Positions 40,592-50,592 of a DNA stretch of 64,000 nucleotides are shown piece by piece. This stretch comes from a virus (taxonomy: Duplodnaviria; Caudoviricetes), in the IMG/VR virus record IMGVR_UViG_3300021254_000033, positions 14,586 to 78,585 of that record. The stretch is one strand, 5' to 3'. Position numbers and translations under genes: made by a program. Positions within the stretch are counted from its first letter, which is position 1. The number at the start of each line of letters is the position of its first letter. The notes beneath the pieces are model-generated. The model searched no databases, had not been told where the DNA came from, and worked only from the letters and a program-made list of their open reading frames with translations.

Positions 40592-42148
40592 TCACTCAAT
40601 TCTTTCTAATTCTATTTGAAGATTATGATATTCTTCTAACAATTCTCCATCCCATTCCATCTGATATTTAAAAGAAGTACCAATTTCAATAGGATCAAGT
40701 CGAGAATCTGTTACAAATAAATCTACTTTTCTTAAATTTCCAAGATTTACATTACTCCAAATTCGCAATTGATTCCATTCGCCACTTCTTACTTTATAAA
40801 CATCTGTAACCATATTAGGAATATCTGTAATTTGGTTTACATCTTGGAAAAAATTAATTTCTTCTTTTGTTGGTCTAGATATAATAACTCCAATATCTGC
40901 TTTATTTATAATCGCTCTACTTCCTGCTAATGCGGATTCATTTTTAATATTTGAGTTATCATCACCTTTTGCATTAAGCTGTGTAGACGACATAACAAAA
41001 ACATTTAATTCAACCGCCAAATCTTTTAATGCAGTTGAAAATAAAAGTAAAACTTCATCATTTCTTAAATTGAATCCTTTAAATTCATTTAATAATGATG
41101 GTGAAATATGAATATAATCATAAAATACATATTCAATTTCATATAATAAAACATTTTCTCTAACAATATTTTTCATTAAAGCAATAGTTGGATTCGGCAT
41201 TCTAACAATAAGAAAGTTATTTTGATATTTTTCTAAAACATATAATGCCTGTTTGATAATTTGTGTTTCTCTATTTGTAAAACCACCATAACGAAATTTT
41301 GTTTCATTAAAACCTGTTAAATAAGCTAAAATCATTTTTTGAATTTCATTAATATTTTGTTCAGTTGCAATAAACAAAACTTTTTTATTGCTTCCTTCTT
41401 GAACCCATTTATCTTTTTTCTCATCATATCGAAAAGGAAACGCTAAATAACACGCATCCCCCACCGCTTGACGAGTTTTAGAAACACCACTACCACCAGA
41501 CCTAAGTACAAAAGCTCCTTTTCTTGCTCCCGCGCAGACCTCATTAAAATAATCGCCTTGAAGAGGAAAACCTATATCAGTTTTTTCTTCCGCTTTTTCA
41601 ATTATTTCTTGAATATTATAAAAAGCATTTTTTATCTCTGTTGTATCATTCTTAATAAAATCTTTTTCAATTTCTAATAATTGTCTTTTTATTTTATCTA
41701 ATATTTCAGAAATTTCTAATTCTTCAAAACCACTATTAACTTCGAGGGCGCGAGGGTCAGTTAAGTTTTCAATATAAAATTCACTTATATCAAAACCCTG
41801 CTTTTTCAAATTATTTAAGAGGTTAATTTTCTTTAACTTCTTGTAGTAATATGGAAAATTATTTTCATCAGACAGTTCTTCTGCGTCTTGTAAAAATTCT
41901 ACTCCATTATTCTTTTCAAAAGTTTCTTTTGCTACATTATTTGTACTTAAATAATTTTCTATATCTATTGGTTGAATTTTTTTCGCACCATTAATATATA
42001 AATTACTAATCGCAGCGAAAATAAACTTATCACTTCTAATTGAAAAGTCTTCCAAAGAAAGAGAATATTTATCTGTCTCATTTAAAAATTGAGGATGCTT
42101 AATTAAACATCCCAAAACCTGCATAACCACAGTTCTATCTACAATCAT
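40592..42148 (-). CDS. dnaB: DnaB-like replicative helicase
   Basis: Variant Walker A GGSGVSKT, FIATE, FYDYIH, STQLN, KADIG, KVRSG; start moved to ATG 42148 (GGAGG RBS). Confidence 0.85.
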   Translation of the reverse strand: MIVDRTVVMQVLGCLIKHPQFLNETDKYSLSLEDFSIRSDKFIFAAISNLYINGAKKIQPIDIENYLSTNNVAKETFEKNNGVEFLQDAEELSDENNFPYYYKKLKKINLLNNLKKQGFDISEFYIENLTDPRALEVNSGFEELEISEILDKIKRQLLEIEKDFIKNDTTEIKNAFYNIQEIIEKAEEKTDIGFPLQGDYFNEVCAGARKGAFVLRSGGSGVSKTRQAVGDACYLAFPFRYDEKKDKWVQEGSNKKVLFIATEQNINEIQKMILAYLTGFNETKFRYGGFTNRETQIIKQALYVLEKYQNNFLIVRMPNPTIALMKNIVRENVLLYEIEYVFYDYIHISPSLLNEFKGFNLRNDEVLLLFSTALKDLAVELNVFVMSSTQLNAKGDDNSNIKNESALAGSRAIINKADIGVIISRPTKEEINFFQDVNQITDIPNMVTDVYKVRSGEWNQLRIWSNVNLGNLRKVDLFVTDSRLDPIEIGTSFKYQMEWDGELLEEYHNLQIELERIE

Positions 42149-42693
42149 TAAATATCCTCCAAATTCCATCGTGTCTTAATTTCTTTCTTTTCTTTTTTAG
42201 AAGAAATTTTTACCACCGGCCGCGCCTCTCTGGTATGAATCTGAGCAATAATCTTTTCTAAAGTGCCTTCTTTTTTATTCTCTAAATCTACCCAATATGA
42301 TGCTGCCTCTTTATATATATTACTAACAATACCTATTCCGCCTAATGCTTTTTCTGGATTCCCATGCAAAACATCATAATAATATCTCATAGAGAAATAA
42401 ATTCCTTTTGGTGTCATTCCTTTATTGGGTGATGTAAAAAGTTTCCACTGCTTATTTAACTTTGAAAAATTAATTGTCATTTTTACATCTTTGTACAAAT
42501 AATCTACTAAACTTTCATACCAAAAGTCTTCTTCTTTATTATTTGCTTTTACATTATTTTTATTACTTTTCCAATCTTCGTAACATTTTCGATGATAATA
42601 ATATCTTGGCACCGGCATAATCCATTCTTGCTCATCTATTTTATCTGTATCAAACCGAACACCACAAACTCTACATTTTACCACATGACTCAT
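42148..42693 (-). CDS. Zn-finger replication-associated protein (possible helicase loader)
   Basis: CRVC..HRKC motif; stop overlaps the dnaB start. Confidence 0.4.
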   Translation of the reverse strand: MSHVVKCRVCGVRFDTDKIDEQEWIMPVPRYYYHRKCYEDWKSNKNNVKANNKEEDFWYESLVDYLYKDVKMTINFSKLNKQWKLFTSPNKGMTPKGIYFSMRYYYDVLHGNPEKALGGIGIVSNIYKEAASYWVDLENKKEGTLEKIIAQIHTREARPVVKISSKKEKKEIKTRWNLEDI

Positions 42694-42718
42694 TAACTCA
42701 CCTACTTTCTCTATTTAT

Positions 42719-42747
42719 ATTATAACATTTTTTTCTAAAAAAAGCAA
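42719..42747 (-). promoter_or_regulatory. sigmaA-type promoter
   Basis: TTGCTT-N17-TATAAT. Confidence 0.75.
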
Positions 42748-42748
42748 A

Positions 42749-42776
42749 TTGGGAGAGTAGATAACTACTCTCCCAA
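42749..42776 (-). terminator. Intrinsic terminator
   Basis: TTGGGAGAGTAG/CTACTCTCCCAA 12-bp stem; T-rich tail on the minus strand. Confidence 0.8.
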
Positions 42777-42799
42777 GTAAAGATAAGGTAAAGTTATTT

Positions 42800-43762
42800 T
42801 TATAACATATCTTGCATTTCTAAGATAACCAGATTTAAAAGATCAGATTGATCTTCTGTGACTTCTGAAAGCTTAGTAGGTCTTCCAAAAATCATTTCAA
42901 TTTTTTTCATAACCCTTGGCATATTACCATTAGGATCGTCTGTTCCAATTAATTTGGACCACAGTTCTCTCGCTTCTTCCATCAATTCATCATATGACTT
43001 TTTTTCTTCAATTTGTTTATCGACTGTATCTACTACAATCGCGCCGTGTTTTTCTTCTTCGTCCACAGCGTTTTTAACCGCCTCCGCAACCGCGTCATAA
43101 GTAAAATCAATTTTAGGAGCAAGATATTTGAACCGTGACCCAGCCTGGATTGTTGGTGTAGAACGAGTGATTAAATATCTATGACTCTGCTTTTTATCAT
43201 CCCATTCTTCATAGCCAATTCCAATAATATCCACAAGAGCATTAACAATAGGTAAACATCTTTTATCTAATTCTGGAGAAAGAAAAATCTGTTCTTTTCC
43301 CTCTTCTCCTGTAATTCTTTCTTTCATGTGGCAAGTCAGAATTAATCCATATCCCATCATGGTAATCTGACGAAGAGAATTTTTAAACTCTGTATCTCTT
43401 TCTGCATAACCACGACCCCATTCAATATCTCCAATGGTTTGTACTCCCGCACGAGCACAAATGAACTGGGTGCATAAATCCCAAGCCCATCCTACAGTAT
43501 CTACTGCAATATTATCAAATTTTTCCTTAACTTCTGAATCCGCTAACTGTCTTAAAGCTAATTTAAAATCAGACCATGTAGAAATATCCTGAATATACGC
43601 TCCTGGCTGAGCAGAATACCCTTTTTCTGTAGCAAGAATAAGAGTTTTTGGACTTGCCGCACAGAAAGTTGTCTTTCCGAATTTTGGGCGCGCAGCCAGA
43701 AGCAATGTGCGCCCACTTAGTGTCCGATTTAAAGTTTGAGGCTGGATATTTTTTAAGTCCAT
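42800..43762 (-). CDS. Sak4/AAA_24-like P-loop recombinase
   Basis: ARPKFGKTT Walker A, ILATEKG, IAVDT, LTCH; upstream gene is SSB-like. Confidence 0.75.
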   Translation of the reverse strand: MDLKNIQPQTLNRTLSGRTLLLAARPKFGKTTFCAASPKTLILATEKGYSAQPGAYIQDISTWSDFKLALRQLADSEVKEKFDNIAVDTVGWAWDLCTQFICARAGVQTIGDIEWGRGYAERDTEFKNSLRQITMMGYGLILTCHMKERITGEEGKEQIFLSPELDKRCLPIVNALVDIIGIGYEEWDDKKQSHRYLITRSTPTIQAGSRFKYLAPKIDFTYDAVAEAVKNAVDEEEKHGAIVVDTVDKQIEEKKSYDELMEEARELWSKLIGTDDPNGNMPRVMKKIEMIFGRPTKLSEVTEDQSDLLNLVILEMQDML

Positions 43763-43777
43763 TTATTTACCCCCTTT

Positions 43778-44683
43778 CTAAAAACCGAGATCCAATTTAC
43801 CTTTCTGCTCTGTTGGAGCAGTTCTAGTTTTACCTTCTGCTGCTTTTTCTTTTAAAGCTTCTAATCTAGCTTTTCTTTCGACTAACGCTGCCTGAATTTC
43901 ATTAATATCAAAAGCCGCGCCATCTTCAAGAGTAGACTGAGAACCACCTGTAATTAACAGTTCGCTTACAGAGATTGTACGAGTAGTTTCCTGAGCTTCA
44001 CCAAAATCTACTTCTTTTTTTACAGTTTCAGTTTTGGAAGAGAAATTTAATCTACCATTAGCAATAACAGTTTCATTATCATTCCAATACTGGTTGATTG
44101 CATTAATCGCATTAGGATTTGCAACAATAAAATCAACTAAATCAACCTTCCCTCCAAACTGAGGAAGTACACCTGTTACTTTTAATCTGCCTGTCTCAAC
44201 CCCATCCGCAGCGGTTTCATTGACTTTGTTGGCTACAACAAAAGATGTAGAAAAAGTAGCTCCTGGTTTCATTTCATCTGACCGAATTTTATTAACGAAA
44301 GATGCGGTAATTCTTGGGAAAGAAACGAATCTACCATCTCTTCCATAATATTCGTTCATTGTAATTCGACCATTTGTAATTCTTACTGCATCCGCGCCAG
44401 CTTCTCCACCAGCGGCAGCAATAGAAGTATACTCATTCATTACTCTTTCAATGTTCTGATATGCAGGATTCTTTCCCCCAGCATTTGTGTATTCAGAAGC
44501 AAACATATGAACTGGCACTTCTAAATTAGTCATTACACCGTTAATTTCCTGATTAACGTGAATTTTAATAACTCCACCAATAGAATTCATTGGCGCACCA
44601 TTCTTTGTAAAAGACCCATATCTGAGGTCGATTTCAGAGAGTAATCCTTCGATACGAACTGTGTTTTCTGCCTGTTTTAGCAT
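43778..44683 (-). CDS. Single-stranded DNA-binding-like protein (two OB-like halves)
   Basis: NTVRIEGLLSE start; beta-rich; C-terminal KLDLGF tail; highly expressed codon bias; adjacent to Sak4-like gene. Confidence 0.55.
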   Translation of the reverse strand: MLKQAENTVRIEGLLSEIDLRYGSFTKNGAPMNSIGGVIKIHVNQEINGVMTNLEVPVHMFASEYTNAGGKNPAYQNIERVMNEYTSIAAAGGEAGADAVRITNGRITMNEYYGRDGRFVSFPRITASFVNKIRSDEMKPGATFSTSFVVANKVNETAADGVETGRLKVTGVLPQFGGKVDLVDFIVANPNAINAINQYWNDNETVIANGRLNFSSKTETVKKEVDFGEAQETTRTISVSELLITGGSQSTLEDGAAFDINEIQAALVERKARLEALKEKAAEGKTRTAPTEQKGKLDLGF

Positions 44684-44772
44684 TATTTTTTCTCCTTTTT
44701 ATTCATATTTTTTGTACTTTTTTAGTTGTTTTTAACAGTTTGTTTTTTTCATTTTGCTAAAACAACAAAGAT

Positions 44773-44794
44773 GGAGCCTATCAAAGTAGGCTCC
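44773..44794 (-). terminator. Hairpin, probable terminator/attenuator
   Basis: GGAGCCTA/TAGGCTCC stem; weak U-tail. Confidence 0.55.
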
Positions 44795-44812
44795 TTTGAA
44801 AGAAGTAACTGA

Positions 44813-45070
44813 TTATTCAGCTTCAAAAGCCTTTCCTGCTTCTGTTAGACATACATAAGTTACAGGTTTTTCCTGACCTTCTACGTCAACCTTTTCTCTC
44901 ATGCAAAGACCCTTCTTTTCGTTACAAAGGTCAGTTACATTTGCATTTACGGACCGAGCTGTTCTGCCGGTGTGCTGTACCAGTTCATCAATAGAAACGC
45001 GGCCACCGTTAGCCTTTACATACTCAAATACTTCCTTGCTCTTTTCTGTTAGTTTGATTGTGTCTGCCAT
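44813..45070 (-). CDS. Winged helix-turn-helix DNA-binding protein
   Basis: VFEYVK..SIDELVQHTGRTARSVNANVTDL..LTEAG pattern. Confidence 0.65.
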   Translation of the reverse strand: MADTIKLTEKSKEVFEYVKANGGRVSIDELVQHTGRTARSVNANVTDLCNEKKGLCMREKVDVEGQEKPVTYVCLTEAGKAFEAE

Positions 45071-45148
45071 AATTTTTTCTCCTTTTTTATCTCGCCATAT
45101 GATGGCTCTTATTTTTTTTGAAAGCGTTTCTTTTCACTTTCTATATAT

Positions 45149-45177
45149 ATTATATTATATCTTTTTGTTTTTTTCAA
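45149..45177 (-). promoter_or_regulatory. sigmaA-type promoter
   Basis: TTGAAA-N17-TATAAT followed by ATATATAG. Confidence 0.75.
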
Positions 45178-45194
45178 ATTTTAATACGCTATTT

Positions 45195-47549
45195 TTATAA
45201 TAAAATTTTGAGAACTGAATCTTTTGAGTTAATCTTTATAGATTTTGTTCCTAGCGTATTCTTGGATAATAAACGAATCTCTGAAACCTTGAGTTTAATT
45301 TGAGATGAAGTCGCAGCGATAATGACTTCGCTTTCGTTTATAATTGGAAGAAAATCAATAAGGTTATCATTTGATTCTACCTTCTGAAGCTTTCCACCTT
45401 TTGTTGCTCTTCCTTGAATGCTAAATTCTGATATTGAGGTACGTTTGGTTAATCCTTGTTTAGTGACACTAATTAACTCTTTTGTATCTTTTGGAATAGG
45501 ATGACAAGCAATTACTGCATCATTGTCATTAAGTTTTATACCTTTTACCCCTCTTGCAATTCGACCAATTGCGCGCACATCTGTGGTAGAGCAGAACAAA
45601 AATTGTCCTTTTTCAGTTAGAATACCAATATCTTCATCATTAATAAAGTTTACTGATACAATTTCATCATTAGCATCTAATGAGATTGCTTTTAAACCAG
45701 TCTTAGATTTCTTAATATTATATTCAGATAATGCCGTCTTTTTAATTATTCCATTTTTTGTTGTAAAAAGAATGTAATTTTTAGTTTTCTTTTTTGTTAA
45801 AGCCGTTATTGCACAAGTTTTATCAGAGCTTTCTATAGAAGTTACTGCCTCGATAGGTGTTTTTTCATCTATCGTCAGCGCGCCTGCTACACAAGAGTAT
45901 ACGTGTCCCTTTTGTGTAAAGAAAAGTAATGTGTCAGTGTTTTGACAACTTATAGAATCAACTACAAACTCACCTTTCCTTAATTTTAGTTTTGATCCCA
46001 CTCCACCTCTTCTTTGTGTATAAAGAGAGGAAGATTCTGTAGCGAGTAGATTATTATTGTTAGTAAAACTAATTAAAAGTGATTTTGTTTCGATTGGTTC
46101 CTCATTATCATCAGAAGTAAGGTTTAAAATTTTAGTGCGTCGTTCATCACCATATTTTTCCGCTACTTCTCTATATCCTTTTTTAAGCTCTTCTTTAAAA
46201 AGATTTTCATCAGATAAAATATTTACAATAACCTGTCTATCATTATTAAGTTTTTCTTTTTCATCTTCAAGTTTTTTTACTTCGAGATGAGCAAGTCGGC
46301 TTAATTTCATATCTAAAACCGCTTTTGCTTGAATTTCATCAAGTAAAAAATTAGTTTGTAGTGCTAATGATGCTGCAGAAGTAGAGTTGGATGATTTAAT
46401 TGTTTGAATTACTTCTTCAATTTGTGCTAGACAAATTAATAATCCTTCAACTATATGAAGTCTATCTTCAATTTTCTTTAAATCATATTCAAATCCACGT
46501 CTATAAACCTCTTTTTGATGAGTAAGATGTGCCTCCAGCATCTCTTTCCAAGTAAAAAGTTTAGGATATTTACCATGATCCAACATAGTAAAATTAATTC
46601 CATAATAATATTGAAGAGAAGTTTCTTTATATAAATATTTAAGAACCTTATCGGGATTAGCTCTTTTACTTAAATAGATTTTAATTAGAGGAGTTTTCCC
46701 TGTTAAATCATTAAATCGCTCAATCCCAGGATTATCTTCTCTATCAATAATATCTTCTAATTGTCCACAAATTGTGTTAGTATAAACACCATACGGTATT
46801 TCCTTTACAATAAAACATCTATCTTTCTCATCAAATTCAACTACACTTCTTAATTTACAAGAAAAACCAGTTCCCTTTTTAATAGATTCTTTAACTTCAG
46901 ATTCATTATATAAAATCGCTCCTGTCGCAAAATCTGGAACACAGTAAATTTCTTCAAAATTACAGTTAGGATTGTCTATTAAATGAATTAAGGCATTATT
47001 TAATTCTTTCAAGTTGAACTGTGGAATAGATGAAGCCATACCAATCCCAATACCACTGCTACCGTTACATATATTATAAAAACCTTTAGTGGGAAGAACA
47101 GCTGGAAATTGTTTAGTATTGTCATAGTTATCTCTCCATTCCGAAATAGTATTTTTATCTATATCTTTAAACAAAATAGAGGAAAACTTTGATAGACGAC
47201 TTTCTGTATATCTCATTGCCGCCCAATTCCCCGACTCAATAAGCGAGCCTGCGTTGCCCTTTACTTCAACTAATGGGTATCGCATTGCAAAGTTCTGACC
47301 CGCCCGCATAATTATGCCTTCACAAGAACTGTCTCCATGGATGTAGAAATCTGCCATAGCCATACCTACAGCATTTGCAGTCTTTTTATATGGTTTATCA
47401 TAGGTTAATTTCCGTGTGAGCATTGAATAAAAAATTTGTCTTGCGGAAGGTTTTAATCCATCTCGTACATCTACCAGCGCGCGGGACTGAAGAACAGCCC
47501 CTGAATACTGAATAAAGCTTTCGTTAATTGTTGTTTTTAAATTAGCCAT
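45195..47549 (-). CDS. gyrA: DNA gyrase subunit A (type IIA topoisomerase)
   Basis: DVRDGLKP, IHGD, AAMRYTE catalytic Tyr, GIGIGMA, GyrA-box QRRGGVG, pinwheel repeats. Confidence 0.92.
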   Translation of the reverse strand: MANLKTTINESFIQYSGAVLQSRALVDVRDGLKPSARQIFYSMLTRKLTYDKPYKKTANAVGMAMADFYIHGDSSCEGIIMRAGQNFAMRYPLVEVKGNAGSLIESGNWAAMRYTESRLSKFSSILFKDIDKNTISEWRDNYDNTKQFPAVLPTKGFYNICNGSSGIGIGMASSIPQFNLKELNNALIHLIDNPNCNFEEIYCVPDFATGAILYNESEVKESIKKGTGFSCKLRSVVEFDEKDRCFIVKEIPYGVYTNTICGQLEDIIDREDNPGIERFNDLTGKTPLIKIYLSKRANPDKVLKYLYKETSLQYYYGINFTMLDHGKYPKLFTWKEMLEAHLTHQKEVYRRGFEYDLKKIEDRLHIVEGLLICLAQIEEVIQTIKSSNSTSAASLALQTNFLLDEIQAKAVLDMKLSRLAHLEVKKLEDEKEKLNNDRQVIVNILSDENLFKEELKKGYREVAEKYGDERRTKILNLTSDDNEEPIETKSLLISFTNNNNLLATESSSLYTQRRGGVGSKLKLRKGEFVVDSISCQNTDTLLFFTQKGHVYSCVAGALTIDEKTPIEAVTSIESSDKTCAITALTKKKTKNYILFTTKNGIIKKTALSEYNIKKSKTGLKAISLDANDEIVSVNFINDEDIGILTEKGQFLFCSTTDVRAIGRIARGVKGIKLNDNDAVIACHPIPKDTKELISVTKQGLTKRTSISEFSIQGRATKGGKLQKVESNDNLIDFLPIINESEVIIAATSSQIKLKVSEIRLLSKNTLGTKSIKINSKDSVLKILL

Positions 47550-47972
47550 TTATTCACCTATTTCAGTTATATTTTTAAAAACGTCGTTATAACATCCTCT
47601 GTTATTAAAATATTTTTTCATAAAACATAAAGCAATACCTTTTTCAGAATCAAAATTATCTCCATCTTGACATTTTACCTTAGTATGCGTTCCATCTTTC
47701 CAAACAACAGTAACCACTCTTTTTTTCTTATTAATATAAATATTTTTATATGGATGCGGTTTTGAGGGAGCTTTGATTAATGTTGCTTGAGTCAGTGTTC
47801 GAAGAGATTTATTATTTCCTTGTTTATAATTTAAAATTTGGACTGGGTTATCATATGAAGTACGATTATCTGCTACAATATTATACCATCCATCTATAAT
47901 TAAATTATCAATATTAGTATTATAATCATATACTTTAGTAGAAGTTCCTTTAAAACGTACACTAATAATCAT
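47550..47972 (-). CDS. Hypothetical two-domain phage protein
   Basis: VRFKG..YDY N-terminal domain plus VTVVWKDGTHTKVKC..DSEKGIALC domain. Confidence 0.55.
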   Translation of the reverse strand: MIISVRFKGTSTKVYDYNTNIDNLIIDGWYNIVADNRTSYDNPVQILNYKQGNNKSLRTLTQATLIKAPSKPHPYKNIYINKKKRVVTVVWKDGTHTKVKCQDGDNFDSEKGIALCFMKKYFNNRGCYNDVFKNITEIGE

Positions 47973-47985
47973 TGTTTTTTCCTTT

Positions 47986-49842
47986 CTATTCCCTTATTGT
48001 ACTAAAATCAACTTTTTCCATAATAAATTCACGTCTTGGCTCTACGTTTACTCCCATAAGACTATATAATAAATCAATCGCTTCTTCGTCATGTTCCAAT
48101 ACATCCATTCTCTGATATTCTTCGGTGAACATAGAAGCTCTTGCAGTTTCTGCAGGGAGTTCACCTAGTCCCTTAGCTCTTGTCACTTCTCCTTTGATTT
48201 TATTTCTAACTTTGCTAAATTCTTCATCAGTGAAATAATAACTTTCTTTTCCTTTGTTATCAATAATATAAAGAGGAGAACGTAGCCAACATAAGCGTCC
48301 TTCTTGAATAAACTCTGGAGCAAGATATTCTAATGCTGCCATTATCAAAAGACCGATATGACTTCCATCACTATCAGCATCCGTGCAGATTGCTATCCTT
48401 CCATAGCGCAGTTTTGAAGCGTTATATTTTCCTGGAACAATGTTCATTGCACTTAAAAGAAGTTTAATTTCTTCGTTTTTAAAAATCTTTTCTTCTGGAT
48501 TAGAAAGACAATTAATAATTTTACCTCTAATTGCTAAGATTCCATATTTTGTGTAATCTCTAGCCTGCGCAATGCCACCCATAGCAGAATTACCTTCGAC
48601 GATTAATAAAGTAGAATTTTCTCCCAAAAATTCAGCGTCTTTTAATTTATCAGAAGCAAAAACTTTTTTCTTTTGATTCTTTTCAATTTCCTTTGATGCT
48701 TCAAGAACTTGCTTTCTTGCTTTTTCTGCAGCAACTTCAGCTTTCATTTCTTTTGTTAGTAAGTCAAGAATTTTTTCAAACTCATCTTTATGTCGTTTTT
48801 CAAAATCCTCTAACATTTGAGTGGTTGCCCGCTGACAAAGCCCTCGAAGCTCTGGATTATTTACTTTTGTTTTTGTTTGATTAGCAAAAGAAGGATTTGG
48901 AACTTTACAACTAATTGCATAATAAAGTCCATTTCTTGCTATATCTGGAGTGAATATTCCTTTGAATTTCTTTTTGAAGAAGTTCGTTAAAGAAGTTTTT
49001 ACTCCCGTTAATGAAGTACCACCTTCACTATTTGCCAATCCATTTGTGAAAACGAACCATTTTTCGTTTCGGGCGGCCGCCCACTGCATAGCAATTTCAC
49101 ATTCCACTCCATTTTCTTCTAAGGTAATATGAAGAGGAGTTTTATGGATCGGCTTTGTAATATTATCTTTTAAAAAATCTATAAGTCCATTTGAAGATTT
49201 GTAGATTACTTTTTCATTAGTTAAATTATTAATTAGTATAAATTCAACACCTTTAGTTAAATAAGACCAATTTTTACACATTTCTAATAAGTCTTCAAAG
49301 TGAATTTCTATTGGTTCTAAATTATATACTTCAGGTGAGGGGATAAAAGTAACAACTGTTCCATGTTGATTTTTATCTTTAGAATCTTCTATGGAAAAAC
49401 TTTCTTTTACACCTTCTTTTAAAATCAAAGTTGCGTGTTTACCATCTCTAAAAGAATCTGCCTGAAAATAAGAAGATGAGAGCGCCACACCTTTGGAGCC
49501 AATGCCATTCATTCCCGCAACATTTTGGTAAACTTTTTCATTAAATTTACCACCAGTGTGCGGTAAAGTGTAGATTGCTTCCATTGCTTCACTACCATCT
49601 TCACGAATTCCAAAAGGCACTCCTCTTGCATTATCTGTTACGGTAATCATATTATTTTTATCTAACTCAACAATAATTTGATCCCCGTATCCCATAGTTG
49701 CCTCATCTATGGAGTTGGTGATTAGTTCTCGTACGCATTGAAGAACGCCTTGGTTGTCTGCACTTCCCATATACATAGCAACCCTCGTTCTGACTGCGTC
49801 TAGAAAGGATAGCGTTTCTATGTTATTTGCGTTGTATTCCAT
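47986..49842 (-). CDS. gyrB: DNA gyrase subunit B
   Basis: ELITNSIDE, DNARGVP, HTGGKF, GMNGIG, VEGNSA, IRGKIIN, DADSDG; start moved to ATG 49842 (AAGGAGG RBS). Confidence 0.93.
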   Translation of the reverse strand: MEYNANNIETLSFLDAVRTRVAMYMGSADNQGVLQCVRELITNSIDEATMGYGDQIIVELDKNNMITVTDNARGVPFGIREDGSEAMEAIYTLPHTGGKFNEKVYQNVAGMNGIGSKGVALSSSYFQADSFRDGKHATLILKEGVKESFSIEDSKDKNQHGTVVTFIPSPEVYNLEPIEIHFEDLLEMCKNWSYLTKGVEFILINNLTNEKVIYKSSNGLIDFLKDNITKPIHKTPLHITLEENGVECEIAMQWAAARNEKWFVFTNGLANSEGGTSLTGVKTSLTNFFKKKFKGIFTPDIARNGLYYAISCKVPNPSFANQTKTKVNNPELRGLCQRATTQMLEDFEKRHKDEFEKILDLLTKEMKAEVAAEKARKQVLEASKEIEKNQKKKVFASDKLKDAEFLGENSTLLIVEGNSAMGGIAQARDYTKYGILAIRGKIINCLSNPEEKIFKNEEIKLLLSAMNIVPGKYNASKLRYGRIAICTDADSDGSHIGLLIMAALEYLAPEFIQEGRLCWLRSPLYIIDNKGKESYYFTDEEFSKVRNKIKGEVTRAKGLGELPAETARASMFTEEYQRMDVLEHDEEAIDLLYSLMGVNVEPRREFIMEKVDFSTIRE

Positions 49843-49867
49843 CTTTACCTCCTTACTATATATAATT

Positions 49868-49896
49868 ATTATACTATAAAAAGTGAAAAAATGCAA
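49868..49896 (-). promoter_or_regulatory. sigmaA-type promoter for gyrB
   Basis: TTGCAT-N17-TATAAT. Confidence 0.8.
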
Positions 49897-49979
49897 ATTT
49901 AATTAAAGTATTGTAGAAAATATAGAAAAAAATACTTAATTATAGGAGTTTTAATTTTATAAAATAAAAGGAGGAAGTA

Positions 49980-50465
49980 ATGAACAAAGAAACAATTTTA
50001 GATTATGCTACTAAAACACCAGAGAATACGAATAGAAATGTTTTGAGTAGTATGTTAGATTCTTTTTCAAAAAGTAGTGGAGGTGCTGTCCGTCTCTATT
50101 TTGTGGATCAACCAGCAAGCGATCCGTGGTTGTTAAAAGAATTTCCGAATTTTACGTTTGTGCCCTTTGATGAAGGACGTGGCTTTGCGTTAGAGCCGGA
50201 TGGTGTGGCACTGACCATTGAGGAGCTGATAACACTTATAAAAAGCGGGCCGGTGTTAACGGCTGTAGAAGTTGACGAGGAGGAGGGGCGTATTTGGAGA
50301 GCCAAATCGGATGTCCTTTCTTTATCATATAATGTGAATATTACTGGTGAGTCGAATATAGAAGTAGGCGTTTTCGTCATGGGGTTTAATGTGGAACAAT
50401 CATATGGGTTTGCTGGACAGACAATCCCACCAGGCGGTGACGATAGCAGTGGCGGTGTTAAATGA
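49980..50465 (+). CDS. Hypothetical protein with shared N-terminal TPENTN tag
   Basis: First ~35 aa nearly identical to those of 50593-52137; AAGGAGG RBS. Confidence 0.7.
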   Translation: MNKETILDYATKTPENTNRNVLSSMLDSFSKSSGGAVRLYFVDQPASDPWLLKEFPNFTFVPFDEGRGFALEPDGVALTIEELITLIKSGPVLTAVEVDEEEGRIWRAKSDVLSLSYNVNITGESNIEVGVFVMGFNVEQSYGFAGQTIPPGGDDSSGGVK

Positions 50466-50592
50466 TAGTTTATCCTTGGATCAACGACGATGTCATAGAT
50501 TACGTTGAAATCAATAATTTGGTAAACCCACCAAACCTGGATAGCACCGTTCAATGTGGTGATAAATTACTTTAATAAATTGGGAGGTATAA

